61,687 nucleotides of DNA, filler included, from Squatina squatina (GCA_031763465.1; 3 parts of 3 records of this genome joined end to end with filler, not necessarily neighbours in it), one strand, 5' to 3'; positions 37,660-48,763 are shown, numbered from the whole stretch's first letter. The notes: generated by a model not told the origin, from the sequence alone. Program-made: numbers and translations.

Positions 37660-38400
37660 AATATTGGCAAAAGAACCAGAGGCGACATGAGGAAATGCCT
37701 TTTTGTTAGATTTTGGAATGCACTACCTGATAGGCTGGTGGTTACAGATTCAATAGTCACCTTCAAAAGGGAATTGGATAAATACTTGAAGGAGATAAAA
37801 ATTGCAGGAATATGGGGAAAGAGCGAGGAGTGGGATTAACTGGGTTGCTCTTCGAAAGAACCAGCGCAGACTCGATGGGTCGAATGGCCTCTTTCTATNN
37901 NNNNNNNNNNNNNNNNNNNNNNNNNNNNNNNNNNNNNNNNNNNNNNNNNNNNNNNNNNNNNNNNNNNNNNNNNNNNNNNNNNNNNNNNNNNNNNNNNNTC
38001 TGCCCTAATGTCTCCTTATGTGACTAGGTGTCAAATTCGGTCTGATAACGCTCCTGTCAGGCGTCTTGGGACCTTTTACTACATTAAAGGTGCTATATAA
38101 ATGCAAGTTGTTGTTGTTGATTGCTACCCGCCCTTGGTCAAACCAGAATGTGAGAAATACTGCTTTCACTGGCATGAAGGCATCTGAAAATCATGGAATC
38201 ATACAGCACGAATGAGGCCATTTGGCCCATCGTGCCTGTGCCGTCTTTGAAAGAGCGATCCAATTAGTCCCACTCCCCCGCTCTTTCCCCATAACCCTGC
38301 AAATTTTTCCCTTTCACGTATATATCCAATTCCCTTTTGAATGTTACTGTTGAATCTGCTCTGCCACCCTTTCAAGCAGCGCATTCCAGATCATAACAAT
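37660..38400. mobile_element. Cluster of CR1 3' ends in opposite orientation (37660-37897 +, 38190-38400 -) with an L2/SINE tail between them
   Basis: Shared ttcaaaagggaattggat..atggggaaagagcg..gagtggga motif on both strands. Confidence 0.8.
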
Positions 38401-38735
38401 TCCTTCAATTAGCTTCAGATCCACTGAATACTGTGCTGTAGATTCCTAAGCTGGCAAGGAAACTTGTGGGTAAAGTGAACAGCGGGAGCGGGATTAAGGC
38501 CAGTTCAAGAGGTCTGCAGGGATCCAGTAGGTGCTCTACCCTGGTGGGCTGNNNNNNNNNNAAGGGATAAGCCAGTCCTCTATCAACAGCCTGTGTATGG
38601 AAAGAAAATTGGGGGAACAGTATAGTGGGTGGCCAATCCACTACCGCCCCCTGCTGAAGTTGAATCTTACCCTCACTGTCTCCGACCTTCATCCCAGGCT
38701 TCAGAGCACAAACAGAGTTCAGAATTTTCCCGTAC

Positions 38736-38970
38736 CTTTAACCAGCTCTGGTTTGTAGGCCTTTCTGGTGTGTTGCAACAAGCCGTTGTAGAAGGTCTCA
38801 GACTGCTCAGCTCCCATTGCCAAGTGGAAATCAGGCTTGTTGCCCTTCAGGATGCATTGCAGTGTGAACTGGCTGACGAAGAGAATCTCGTACTGCTTGT
38901 CCATCACACTCTTACACCAGTGTTTCCCGTTTTCATCTTCAACAACCTTAAGTTCAGGATCTTGCGAACC
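38736..38970 (-). CDS. DTD1: DTD1 (D-aminoacyl-tRNA deacylase 1) internal exon, frameshifted as assembled
   Basis: ataacag acceptor, gtacgg donor. Reads VRKILNLRL, a -1 shift, then EDENGKHWCKSVMDKQYEILFVSQFTLQCILKGNKPDFHLAMGAEQSETFYNGLLQHTRKAYKPELVK, with the SQFTL signature of the DTD family. Confidence 0.92.
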
Positions 38971-39660
38971 CTGTTATAAAAACAATGGATAATTTAGGAA
39001 AACATTCATCCAACTTATATATGACAAACTACTCAAGACTTTGNNNNNNNNNNNNNNNNNNNNNNNNNNNNNNNNNNNNNNNNNNNNNNNNNNNNNNNNN
39101 NNNNNNNNNNNNNNNNNNNNNNNNNNNNNNNNNNNNNNNNNNNAGAGGTTTTAAAATCACTGCTCTCACTGATGATGTGTTCCAGAATTAAACACCTGAG
39201 CTAGTGTAACAGGAACTCAAAACTCAACTGGGATTTTGTTTGGTCTGAACACAAGATCAGACTAAATAAATTACAGCAAAACATTCCAGTCACCTTTTGG
39301 CTGATTGGGTATGAGTGGTATAATCCATCCTACAGCTGTACATACGGCAGCTAACATGGGAAACAGTGTCAGAATCACATCCTGAATGTCACGGCAATAC
39401 AGTGATGCAGGCATGCACCTTAAAGTCAACCATGTGTTGGCAAGGACTCCTGCGCTGAGTGGATTTGCATAGGATTGCAAACTGAGTGACCTGGAAAATT
39501 CAGTCACCCGGGCACCCTGCACAAATGTCCAAGGGTGGGCAGGAAGAGAAGAGAAGAACCAACCTCAGTCCCATTGTGCACCATAGAATCACTCTTTCCT
39601 ATCTAAATACTGGGAAGATTGTGCAAAAGTTGGTGTGTTTAGCTGCAACAAGATGTAATC

Positions 39661-39772
39661 AAAGCAAGCCAGTACGGTACATTCACGACACGTCTGGTTA
39701 AACCAAGCCAGTACAGTACATACATGACACGACTGGCCAAACCAAGTCAGTACGGTACATTCACGACACGTT
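39661..39772. repeat. 39-bp tandem repeat, about 3 copies, just downstream of the TAF5L stop codon
   Basis: Unit AACCAAGCCAGTACGGTACATTCACGACACGTCTGGTTA with a few variants. Confidence 0.9.
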
Positions 39773-39837
39773 TCGTCCTCTTATGGCTTACTTTTCTAGG
39801 AGTTTCTAAATTAAACACTAGAATTGTTCACTTATGC

Positions 39838-40600
39838 TTATTGTTCTTTTTTCTCTTGTGCAACCCCAGTCACCAACACCAGATTGCAGGACATGAACTG
39901 TACACTCAAAAGGTTACTGGTCTGTCCCGTATATACACCCACCAGCTCACTGGAAGAACCATCCACCGATGAATTAGAGTAAGTGTTACGAATATCCCAG
40001 ACACGAACCGAATTGTCAACAGATGCAGAAACTATCAAACTGCTATCTGGACTAAATGCAAGGCTAGTTATATTGTCAGTATGCCCTCTCAGCTCTTTGA
40101 ATAAAGTACCCGATGCAAGGTCCCATAGTTTCAGTCGCTGATCTTCGCCTGCTGAAGCCAAGTACTTTCCGTTAGGAGAAAAAGCCAATGCTAGCACAGG
40201 GCCACGATGTCCTGTGAAGAGACGTACAGTATTCCCTTGCTGCGTGCTCCACAACCGCACAGTTTTATCTATCGAGCCTGTGGCTATGTAATTAGAGTTC
40301 GGATGAAACTTAACGCAGTCTACGTCTGCTAAGTGACCCGCATAAATGCGCAGTGGGTACGTTCTGTCAAGTGCCCAAAGTCTTGCTGTCCGATCATGCG
40401 ATCCACTCACAAAGTAAAGGCTCAAGGGACTAATGTCAATGTCCCAGACTGGATAAGCATGTCCTCGATACAAACCAGTGTTCTTGAAACTGCACAAATC
40501 CCAGTATCGGACTGTTGTGTCTTCCGAACAGGACAGAAGTCCTGAATTATCAGAGAGAAATTTGGTGCCCTACACAGGCCCACAGTGCCCTCTTAGGATC
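39838..40600 (-). CDS. TAF5L: TAF5L terminal exon (WD40 repeats), 5'-truncated by the spacer, with an in-frame TAG at 40570-40572
   Basis: [117 protein letters not shown], matching the remembered vertebrate TAF5L C-terminus. Confidence 0.95.
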
Positions 40601-40700
40601 NNNNNNNNNNNNNNNNNNNNNNNNNNNNNNNNNNNNNNNNNNNNTTAATTAATTAANNNNNNNNNNNNNNNNNNNNNNNNNNNNNNNNNNNNNNNNNNNN
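40601..40700. other. Artificial scaffold-joining spacer
   Basis: 44 N + TTAATTAATTAA (40645-40656) + 44 N. Confidence 0.97.
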
Positions 40701-43700
40701 GGATATGAAGACTGGTAAATGGAGTTAAGGTACAGATCTGCCAGGATCTGATTGAATGATGAAAAAGGCTCGAGGGACTGAATGGCCTACTCCTGTTCCT
40801 GTGTTGCTATGTTCCTAAATCTACAGTGTTGACAATATGGAAAAAATGTCCTATAAAGGATCCTAAGATTCGAGATAAGCAATTAGAAAGTCTCAACTCC
40901 AAAATGGGACTTTCCCCCCTTTATTCAATTGTATATCTTGTTTTACATTCTGCCCCACAACAATAAGAATGTAGCAGAATGCTAACGAACATTTTCACAT
41001 TGTTTTTACTTGTCTTTTATTCCATGTTGTGGAATTTATTTATTTTTTTAAGCTGGAAGTAAAATGATGCGGCTTTGAAGGCACAAATCAAGGAGAGAGG
41101 TTGTCAGTGTAAAACCAGATAGATAAGGAAGATAAAACGTAACAGGTCTGTGACAATTATTGTTGAGAATTAAAACTTCACCTTAATACGATGCGCATGT
41201 AGCAAGTCGGAAATTTGGAAAGGGTGCTTTACTGCAAATTCTAAAACGTACAGTTTCCGTTAATCTGGTGAAAATGATCTGAATCTGCATTCTTTAGGTT
41301 CAGTGTTACTTCCTGTGCCATCACTCATTCTCCCTCCAAACTATCACTGAGTCCACTTCATTGGATGTACTTACCCACTCAAAAGTGTTTATCAGTCCAG
41401 AAATTGTACACAAATGGAACATTAACAAGTCACCATTCATGGTGCATTTGTGTTCCTGCGGTCTGGTACATTTTAACTATCATAACCGGCACTTAATTAA
41501 AATTTTTAAGTAACCACTAAAGTGTGTGTTGGTGGGGTTTGCAGATATGCAATTGACATTGTCAGTAACAAAACTGTAATGTTGTGCGTTTGGTAAATGG
41601 GGACCAGTCTAAACCTGTTAAGAAAGTTGTGTGCGTGTGTGTGTGTGAGTACATCTTGCGTGCGTGATTGCATCATGCGTGTGTCTCATTCTTCCTCTCT
41701 TCCCAAAGTACCACACAAATACATGTTATAGTCCCGACTTAGATATTACAGAATCCAATTAGGTCAGACTAAAATGCGAGTGTTTGTGTTGACATTATTA
41801 TACCCTGGCATTTTGGGTGTTGTAGGGTGAGACGTGGCACTTGAAGTAAAGTAAGATTCAAAGACATTTCTGTGTTTCAATAAAGCTCCATAAAAGTGTT
41901 TATTTAAATGCATCAGAGTTTATCATTTGATTCCACTATGGAATATATTTTTATATACCACACAAAGAAGTGTATTTTTTTTTACCTTAAAGGAATTCAT
42001 TAACATGCAGGTGCAATAACACACCTGAGAATATCTCTGTTCACATATCACATTTCTATAATAACCAGTCCAGTACTCTATAGGAACAGGTCCCAGCCTG
42101 ATAACCACAAATGTCTCTGCACGGCACACTCAGTTATTTTGCTTAAAAACACGGCAGCAGTTGACATGACTGCCTTCGAGCATGTATCAGTACAACGTTT
42201 TACTTGTACTAACAAAATGAGGACATTCTTGTGGTAAATTTAAATCTCCATAGTCAGAACAACTGTTTTATTCAATTTTTCTTTCTCCTTGTAGTAGGTT
42301 TTTTTGTGCCTTCCTTATCACCTTTGTTTTGGACTAAGGTTTGAATAGAAATCTCGAGGCAAAATTCCTATTTATCTCCTTACAATCCTAATAAAATAAG
42401 ATGATGAATAGAGACATGAAGGTAGAGAATATAGACACACGTGGATCATGGGCATAAAATGAGGCAGAATTTAGGCAAGACTTTAATTTCTTCATTTATT
42501 TGCACTATTTNNNNNNNNNNNNNNNNNNNNNNNNNNNNNNNNNNNNNNNNNNNNNNNNNNNNNNNNNNNNNNNNNNNNNNNNNNNNNNNNNNNNNNNNNN
42601 NNNNNNNNNNNNNNNNNNNNNNNNNNNNNNNNNNNNNNNNNNNNNNNNNNNNNNNNNNNNNNNNNNNNNNNNNNNNNNNNNNNNNNNNNNNNNNNNNNNN
42701 NNNNNNNNNNNNNNNNNNNNNNNNNNNNNNNNNNNNNNNNNNNNNNNNNNNNNNNNNNNNNNNNNNNNNNNNNNNNNNNNNNNNNNNNNNNNNNNNNNNN
42801 NNNNNNNNNNNNNNNNNNNNNNNNNNNNNNNNNNNNNNNNNNNNNNNNNNNNNNNNNNNNNNNNNNNNNNNNNNNNNNNNNNNNNNNNNNNNNNNNNNNN
42901 NNNNNNNNNNNNNNNNNNNNNNNNNNNNNNNNNNNNNNNNNNNNNNNNNNNNNNNNNNNNNNNNNNNNNNNNNNNNNNNNNNNNNNNNNNNNNNNNNNNN
43001 NNNNNNNNNNNNNNNNNNNNNNNNNNNNNNNNNNNNNNNNNNNNNNNCAAAGAAACAGTGGAATCCAAAGTAAATTTACTATTTCACTCCAAAAGTGTTG
43101 TACAGCAGCCTAGTGGTACAACAGCAAATTAATGAATGATTATTGGTAATTCTCTATATAAATAGTACAGTATTTATAAAGCCATTAACACTGAAGTAGT
43201 AGGTGATAATTGATGTCTTGTGTATCCAAATACTAATTTCTGGTGTAAGATTTATTTGTATCCACGATAAACCATTTACACACTCTGAAATAATGGCAGA
43301 CAATGTAATTTTTTTTTACTCTACTGAGATTTCAGTTGATGGATCGAGCCATCACAGAGAATGTGAGAGGTCGCTAAGGAGACTCACTTCTGCTATTGCC
43401 GTATGGATTTGATCGAGGATCTGGTTCACTTTGTGATGGTCTGCCTCCTAATTGAAATATTGTTCGGAGGCAGCCTCTTGATCTGGATTTGAAATCTTAT
43501 TTTGGATTGGACAAAGAGAAAGAGTCTACTTAGAATGATGGGGGTCACAAGCTGGGCCAACTTTGCTGAAAAAATAATGAGGAAAAGGTTGGGTGACCCC
43601 TGAATAGTCAGAAAGATATACAACGTTATATTTGACATGTTGGAATTCTGGAGACAATCTCGGTATCCTTTGAATCTGGAACTTGTTTTCTTGTACGTTT

Positions 43701-44799
43701 ATGAGTTTTGGTTTGGTTTGTAGATAATACTAATATTTGAATGTGTATTGTGTCTTTTGATTGTTGATTTGTGAAGACGCCCATCTAAATTAGGGAAAGT
43801 CTTCCAGAGTAAGCAGCCGAGATTCTCATCCCAGTACTCATGCCGGGATAGCGCCCATGTGGATTTACAGNNNNNNNNNNNNNNNNNNNNNNNNNNNNNN
43901 NNNNNNNNNNNNNNNNNNNNNNNNNNNNNNNNNNNNNNNNNNNNNNNNNNNNNNNNNNNNNNNNNNNNNNTCCAGTTTCCTCACTGAAATAATTTAATAT
44001 ATATATATGATATATTTCATCCTTTAATCAGGTTGTGTTTTTTGTTGGAATTAATTCAGACCATTGACTCAGTTTAGATTTGGTTTCACTGATAGACTCG
44101 ACCACTTTTAGCTCCATCCAAATGATTGCTCACTCAAGTCTCTGGTGAAAATTTACATGCCACAGTTCAACAATAAATGTAGGGTATTTTTTGTTTCTAC
44201 CAGTAAGATGATATGCATATTCAGAACCAAAGGGAAATGAATAGCTAGTGAATTATAAAGTCATAATTGAATTAAGGTCAGATGCATCAGTGATGATATT
44301 TATGCCACATGTTGAAAATATAATATGTAAACAAATTTAGACTTAAGATCTCACAAGTATGAAGATATGAAAAATATTTCTCCAATTCCCAGAGTGTACA
44401 TGAGGTATAATAATATATCCATTCTAAAGTATCCTGTTCTACATGGAATCTCACCAGCACCAGCTGTGAGGAGTCGCATTGTTACTACCAGTCATGATTC
44501 TAGTTGCTGTGCTGTTACTCATGGTTGCAGTAAAGGGCTACTTGGATTCTTGGGCCCAATATTTCACCTCTGTGTGGCAGACAAAAAAGCTTGGGCATCA
44601 GATATACCCATGTGTGCCCAATTGAACACTTCAAAAATTAATTTATCCTGTGAGGTGTTTTGAGACATTTTGACACAATACCGCACGACTTTCATCAATA
44701 AATAATAATTATTTATTGGCAGCTATTCTACCTACCCACAGAATGAGCGATGTAGGACACTTCATTTATGTAAGACTTCTCTTTTTTTAACATTTTGTT

Positions 44800-46451
44800 C
44801 TCAGAGAGCAGGTTCGGAGGCGGGTCCACTGTCAAAATTGAAAAGATTGACAGCGGGGTGGTATCTCGCTCTGAACCCACCTCCATGTAAGTTTTCCAAG
44901 TGCCGGGTCTGCCTGCGCTTTACAGCCCTGACACTAAGCGGCAGATGAGTCAATTGAAATAGATAAGGGGGTGTTTAAAGGTACTTAAACGCATTTTACC
45001 ATCGACTTAACATTTTTCCAGCATTTTGACGACTTTCACGGCGCTCGGGGATCATGCCAGGTAAGTAGGTCAGGTTTTCAATGACTTTCCATTCCTCTGA
45101 ATAGGAGACAGGTGCAAAAGTGGTGTAAAAGCTACTACTTCTACAGCTGTTCACTGTCCAATGTTAGAAGCTGAAGCCTTCAGGATTTGGAATACATTTT
45201 TCAGCTTAGGATGTGTTTGGAAAAAACTTTATCCAGTGTCACCTCCTTGGAACAAACTCTCTCATCATTGACAGCTTGCTTCTGTCATCTCAACCTCAGC
45301 TGCCATCTATTCCAGCAGCATCGGTGCCCTTGAAAAAGATCTCACCTTGGTCCTCAGAATCCCATCTCGATCAGCCCCAACACCAACATCACTAGGCGCA
45401 CCAGCATCAGCAACAGCAACAACCTTCTTCGCAATCACCCTCACAGGACACAGGGCATCAGCACATGATCACGTTGCTGCCGGGAGGCCTCACCATGGTC
45501 AGATTTACTTCACTTGATGCTGTATACCCTGGCTGCCACATGATGCACCAGGTTGGCACCACCCCACTCCAACACCATAAAGTATCCCTACAATGCCCAA
45601 GCCATTCCTTTCATACTTATTACCATTGCAGGGGGGGGTTACCGTTATGTCTTACCATTCACCGCAACTTGCTAAGCCACTTCCAAAGGAGCACATAAAT
45701 CTTTGCAAGAACACAAAGTGTTGAAAATTAAGATTTCAATGTTTGANNNNNNNNNNCCACCCCATAAAGCATCCCTGCAATGACCGGTCCATTCCTTTCA
45801 CACTCACCATCATTGCGGGGGTACCATTATGTCTCACCATTCACTGCAACTCACTCAGCCACTTCCAAAGGTACACACAATTCTGTCCAAGACCGGAAAG
45901 TGTTCAAAATAAAGGTTTCAATGTTTGACAACACATTAACAGAAACTTTACATGAACATTGGCTAAAACACACAAGTGCCTACCCTTGTGTGTTGTTAGT
46001 TGGTATGATTGAGGATGAGTGTGGGGGATGGCTAGTGAGATGGGAATGTGATAAGTGGCACAGCAGGATGAGGTTGAATGTGGCTTTGCAGTAACATTTC
46101 ATGATCTACTGAGATCATTGAAAAGTTTGCGCCACTGCGGCCAGGTCCTCCTGACGACATTCCTGGTTGTGCCCTCCTGTGCAATGCGCAGCCAGGCTGT
46201 GTTGCTCTCCTGCNNNNNNNNNNNNNNNNNNNNNNNNNNNNNNNNNNNNNNNNNNNNNNNNNNNNNNNNNNNNNNNNNNNNNNNNNNNNNNNNNNNNNNN
46301 NNNNNNNNNNNNNGGGCAAATTGGACATCAGCTTCTGCACTTGCATGCTTAACTGCGCATGTACGGACGCCCGAAGTTGCTGTCCGATTTACTCCTTTAT
46401 AACAGTGAGTGCCGTTAGCCTCACCATTATACTTACCACAAAATCCAGGCC
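44800..46451. mobile_element. Internally deleted Harbinger element with a minus-strand Myb/SANT gene remnant at ~46100-46213
   Basis: The minus strand reads QESNTAWLRIAQEGTTRNVVRRTWPQWRKLFNDLSRS*, fitting the Myb/SANT pattern W..IA..V...RT..QCRK.FNDL. The right end aaaatccaggcc resembles the other Harbinger termini. Confidence 0.7.
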
Positions 46452-46584
46452 ATTAGAAAAGGTCTGATTCATTCTGGATCTATGTTTCTATTGATTCTTT
46501 GTGAAAGAACTGAATAAATTACAATCTGAATAAACATCTCATTATTAACCAATTAGAATTGACATTTTCAAACTATATGGTTAT

Positions 46585-47280
46585 GGTAAAATATTATCGC
46601 AGCTACTGCCTTTTTATTGTTAAATCACAACTAATCATATCTTGATGTGTGCACAGCATATAAATTTATGTTTGATCGNNNNNNNNNNTGATCGTAAGCC
46701 AAGATAATTCCTTATTGTCCTTTTTCCAATTTCTCATAATCATTGGCGATTTGACTTATGACTCATAGTTATAGTGGCAAGTTCATTCCTTATCACAAAC
46801 AAGGCTTTCATCCATGCAATTGTGGTTTGACTGGTACTGAGTGCTGAATTTCAAATCTGCCGTAAATTTGTAAAAAGTATCCTAAACTGGATAGTCACTT
46901 CATCTAAGTTTTGACACAAGTCTTCATACAGATGAATCGTCTGTTTTTGTTTGACTACATATTGGTGAGCACATTCTTCCACTTTCTCACATATGGTGGG
47001 CCTCAGTGTATGTAACCTATATTTTACATAGCTCAGTAGTAGATCAGAGTTCATAGTTGAGGCCTGTGGTTCAAATTGCTGTGCTGCAGGCAAGACTATC
47101 ATTAAATAGATTTAAGGCAGATTCATTGTCATATTAGTTGGTTCCAGGGCTTTGGTCACAGAGCACTGCATTGTTCTACATCTTCCATAAGTCACTTGTG
47201 ATACTGCAATATCCCATCCATATCTCTTGTGTGATAACCACCACTTTTCATTGATGGCAAACAAGAACTTCTCCAGATGA
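46585..47280 (-). pseudogene. Possible decayed Fanzor1/TnpB-like nuclease (RuvC half)
   Basis: Mostly open frame with ASTMNSDLLLSYVKYRLHTL and HQYVVKQKQTIHLYEDLC. It is flanked by DPG-like, MDE and RD..AA.NIL-like traces at appropriate spacing (see findings). Confidence 0.45.
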
Positions 47281-47365
47281 AATTATTGTAATATGTCCTC
47301 AAAGTATTAATGCTTTTTAAGTCACATTTTTTAAAATCCCTGTTTTTAAAACAATTCTTTTTATC

Positions 47366-47854
47366 TATCGTCTGATCAGCTGTGCCTCACACCACAGGTC
47401 AGGCCGATAATTTATTCACAGCTTCCATGTGCCATTCTTGAACCAGCCAAGAGGTGCACATCAGCATCATGAGTTGCCCCTCTTAACTCTTGCCTCCAGT
47501 CCTTGATATTTTCCACAGGCTAAGAACAAATGCTCACGATGAATTGTGGACTTGAACATATATCGTATTACTCGGTGAAATAATTTAGGCCAACCTTACT
47601 GACATGATTTTAATGAATTAAATGCTACTCATGTCATTATTATTCATTAAAATGTATTTTTCAGTCTCCATTATAAATGCATTTTTTGAAGTGGGGAAAT
47701 GACACAATAAACTCAATTTTCTAAAATGCAACAAGATCAGATGTATAAATTAATGGCAAGCTGAACACTTCAAACTAACATCTAATAGCTTATTATCAAT
47801 AATATCTAATTATCGGCCTGACCTGTGGTGTGAGGCACAGCTGATCAGACGATA
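47366..47854. repeat. Perfect 47-bp inverted repeat (47366-47412 / 47808-47854) around a 395-bp spacer
   Basis: TATCGTCTGATCAGCTGTGCCTCACACCACAGGTCAGGCCGATAATT and its exact reverse complement. Confidence 0.95.
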
Positions 47855-48763
47855 CTATATAAACGGTCTGGCATTTTCATTATAAATTGTTGCCATGACA
47901 GGAACATCTATCTTCCACTCATCTTCGTGAAGGTTTTTGAAAATGCTTTCACAAAACACCAGTATGTAAGAGCAGCATAATGAATAGGAATACCTCTTTG
48001 TTTTTAGACAGGTTCTGTGACCCGAGAGGTCAGGAATGATTATCCATAACATCGGAATATCTTCCTGCTGCAGCCTGAAATCCTACTGAAAAGACTCACA
48101 CTTTGCAGCTCCATGGGGTAGAGCAGTTTAAAGGTCACAGGCTGCAGGCCCTTTGAGTCCAGTGCATGGGATTAAAGTTCATGGAAATGTCGGGGGAAAA
48201 TAATCCTGTGTTTAGGCCTGCAAGGAATCTAAGTAATCCACTGCACAGAGGCATTAGTTTCCCAGCAGTAGAACATTGTGGGGCAACTATCTGGCTGGCA
48301 ATGTGTTGCTTCCCCTACTGTGTCTGTGATTTGATCAAAGAAAATGTGCACTTCAAAGACTTGGTGTGCTGTCCTTCTATTATTCCTTTGGGCTAAATAA
48401 GATTTTCAGTCGGTACACTAATTTGGTAATCACAGGGGGAACGGGGGGAAACCTGTACATTACTGCAGTTGTTTGAGGCAACATATTTGTCACTTACTGG
48501 CATAGTTATCAGTGGGAGAGTAATTTTTCCCTTAACTCCAGTAAATACGGAGGAACTGGATGTGAATTAAGCAATAAATAGAGTGATTAGTGTTTTGTAC
48601 ACCAATAACATTTCAACCGTCAAAGAGCAAGGGGAAAAATCATGAAAAAAATAAGTTTGCAAATTATTCAATTTGACTATTTATTCTTGTAGTCCTCATG
48701 TTCCTCTAAAATTAAAGCTATTCAGTGTCTTTAATTTGGACAGACGGATTGGCATTGAATCAT

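Noticed and set aside
41374-41440. Possible first exon MNGDLLMFHLCTISGLINTFEW with a gtaagt donor (minus strand)
   Set aside because: Short, with no recognisable homology. A donor motif alone is insufficient.
42441-43132. ORFs of about 200 aa
   Set aside because: They consist almost entirely of the N run at 42511-43047.
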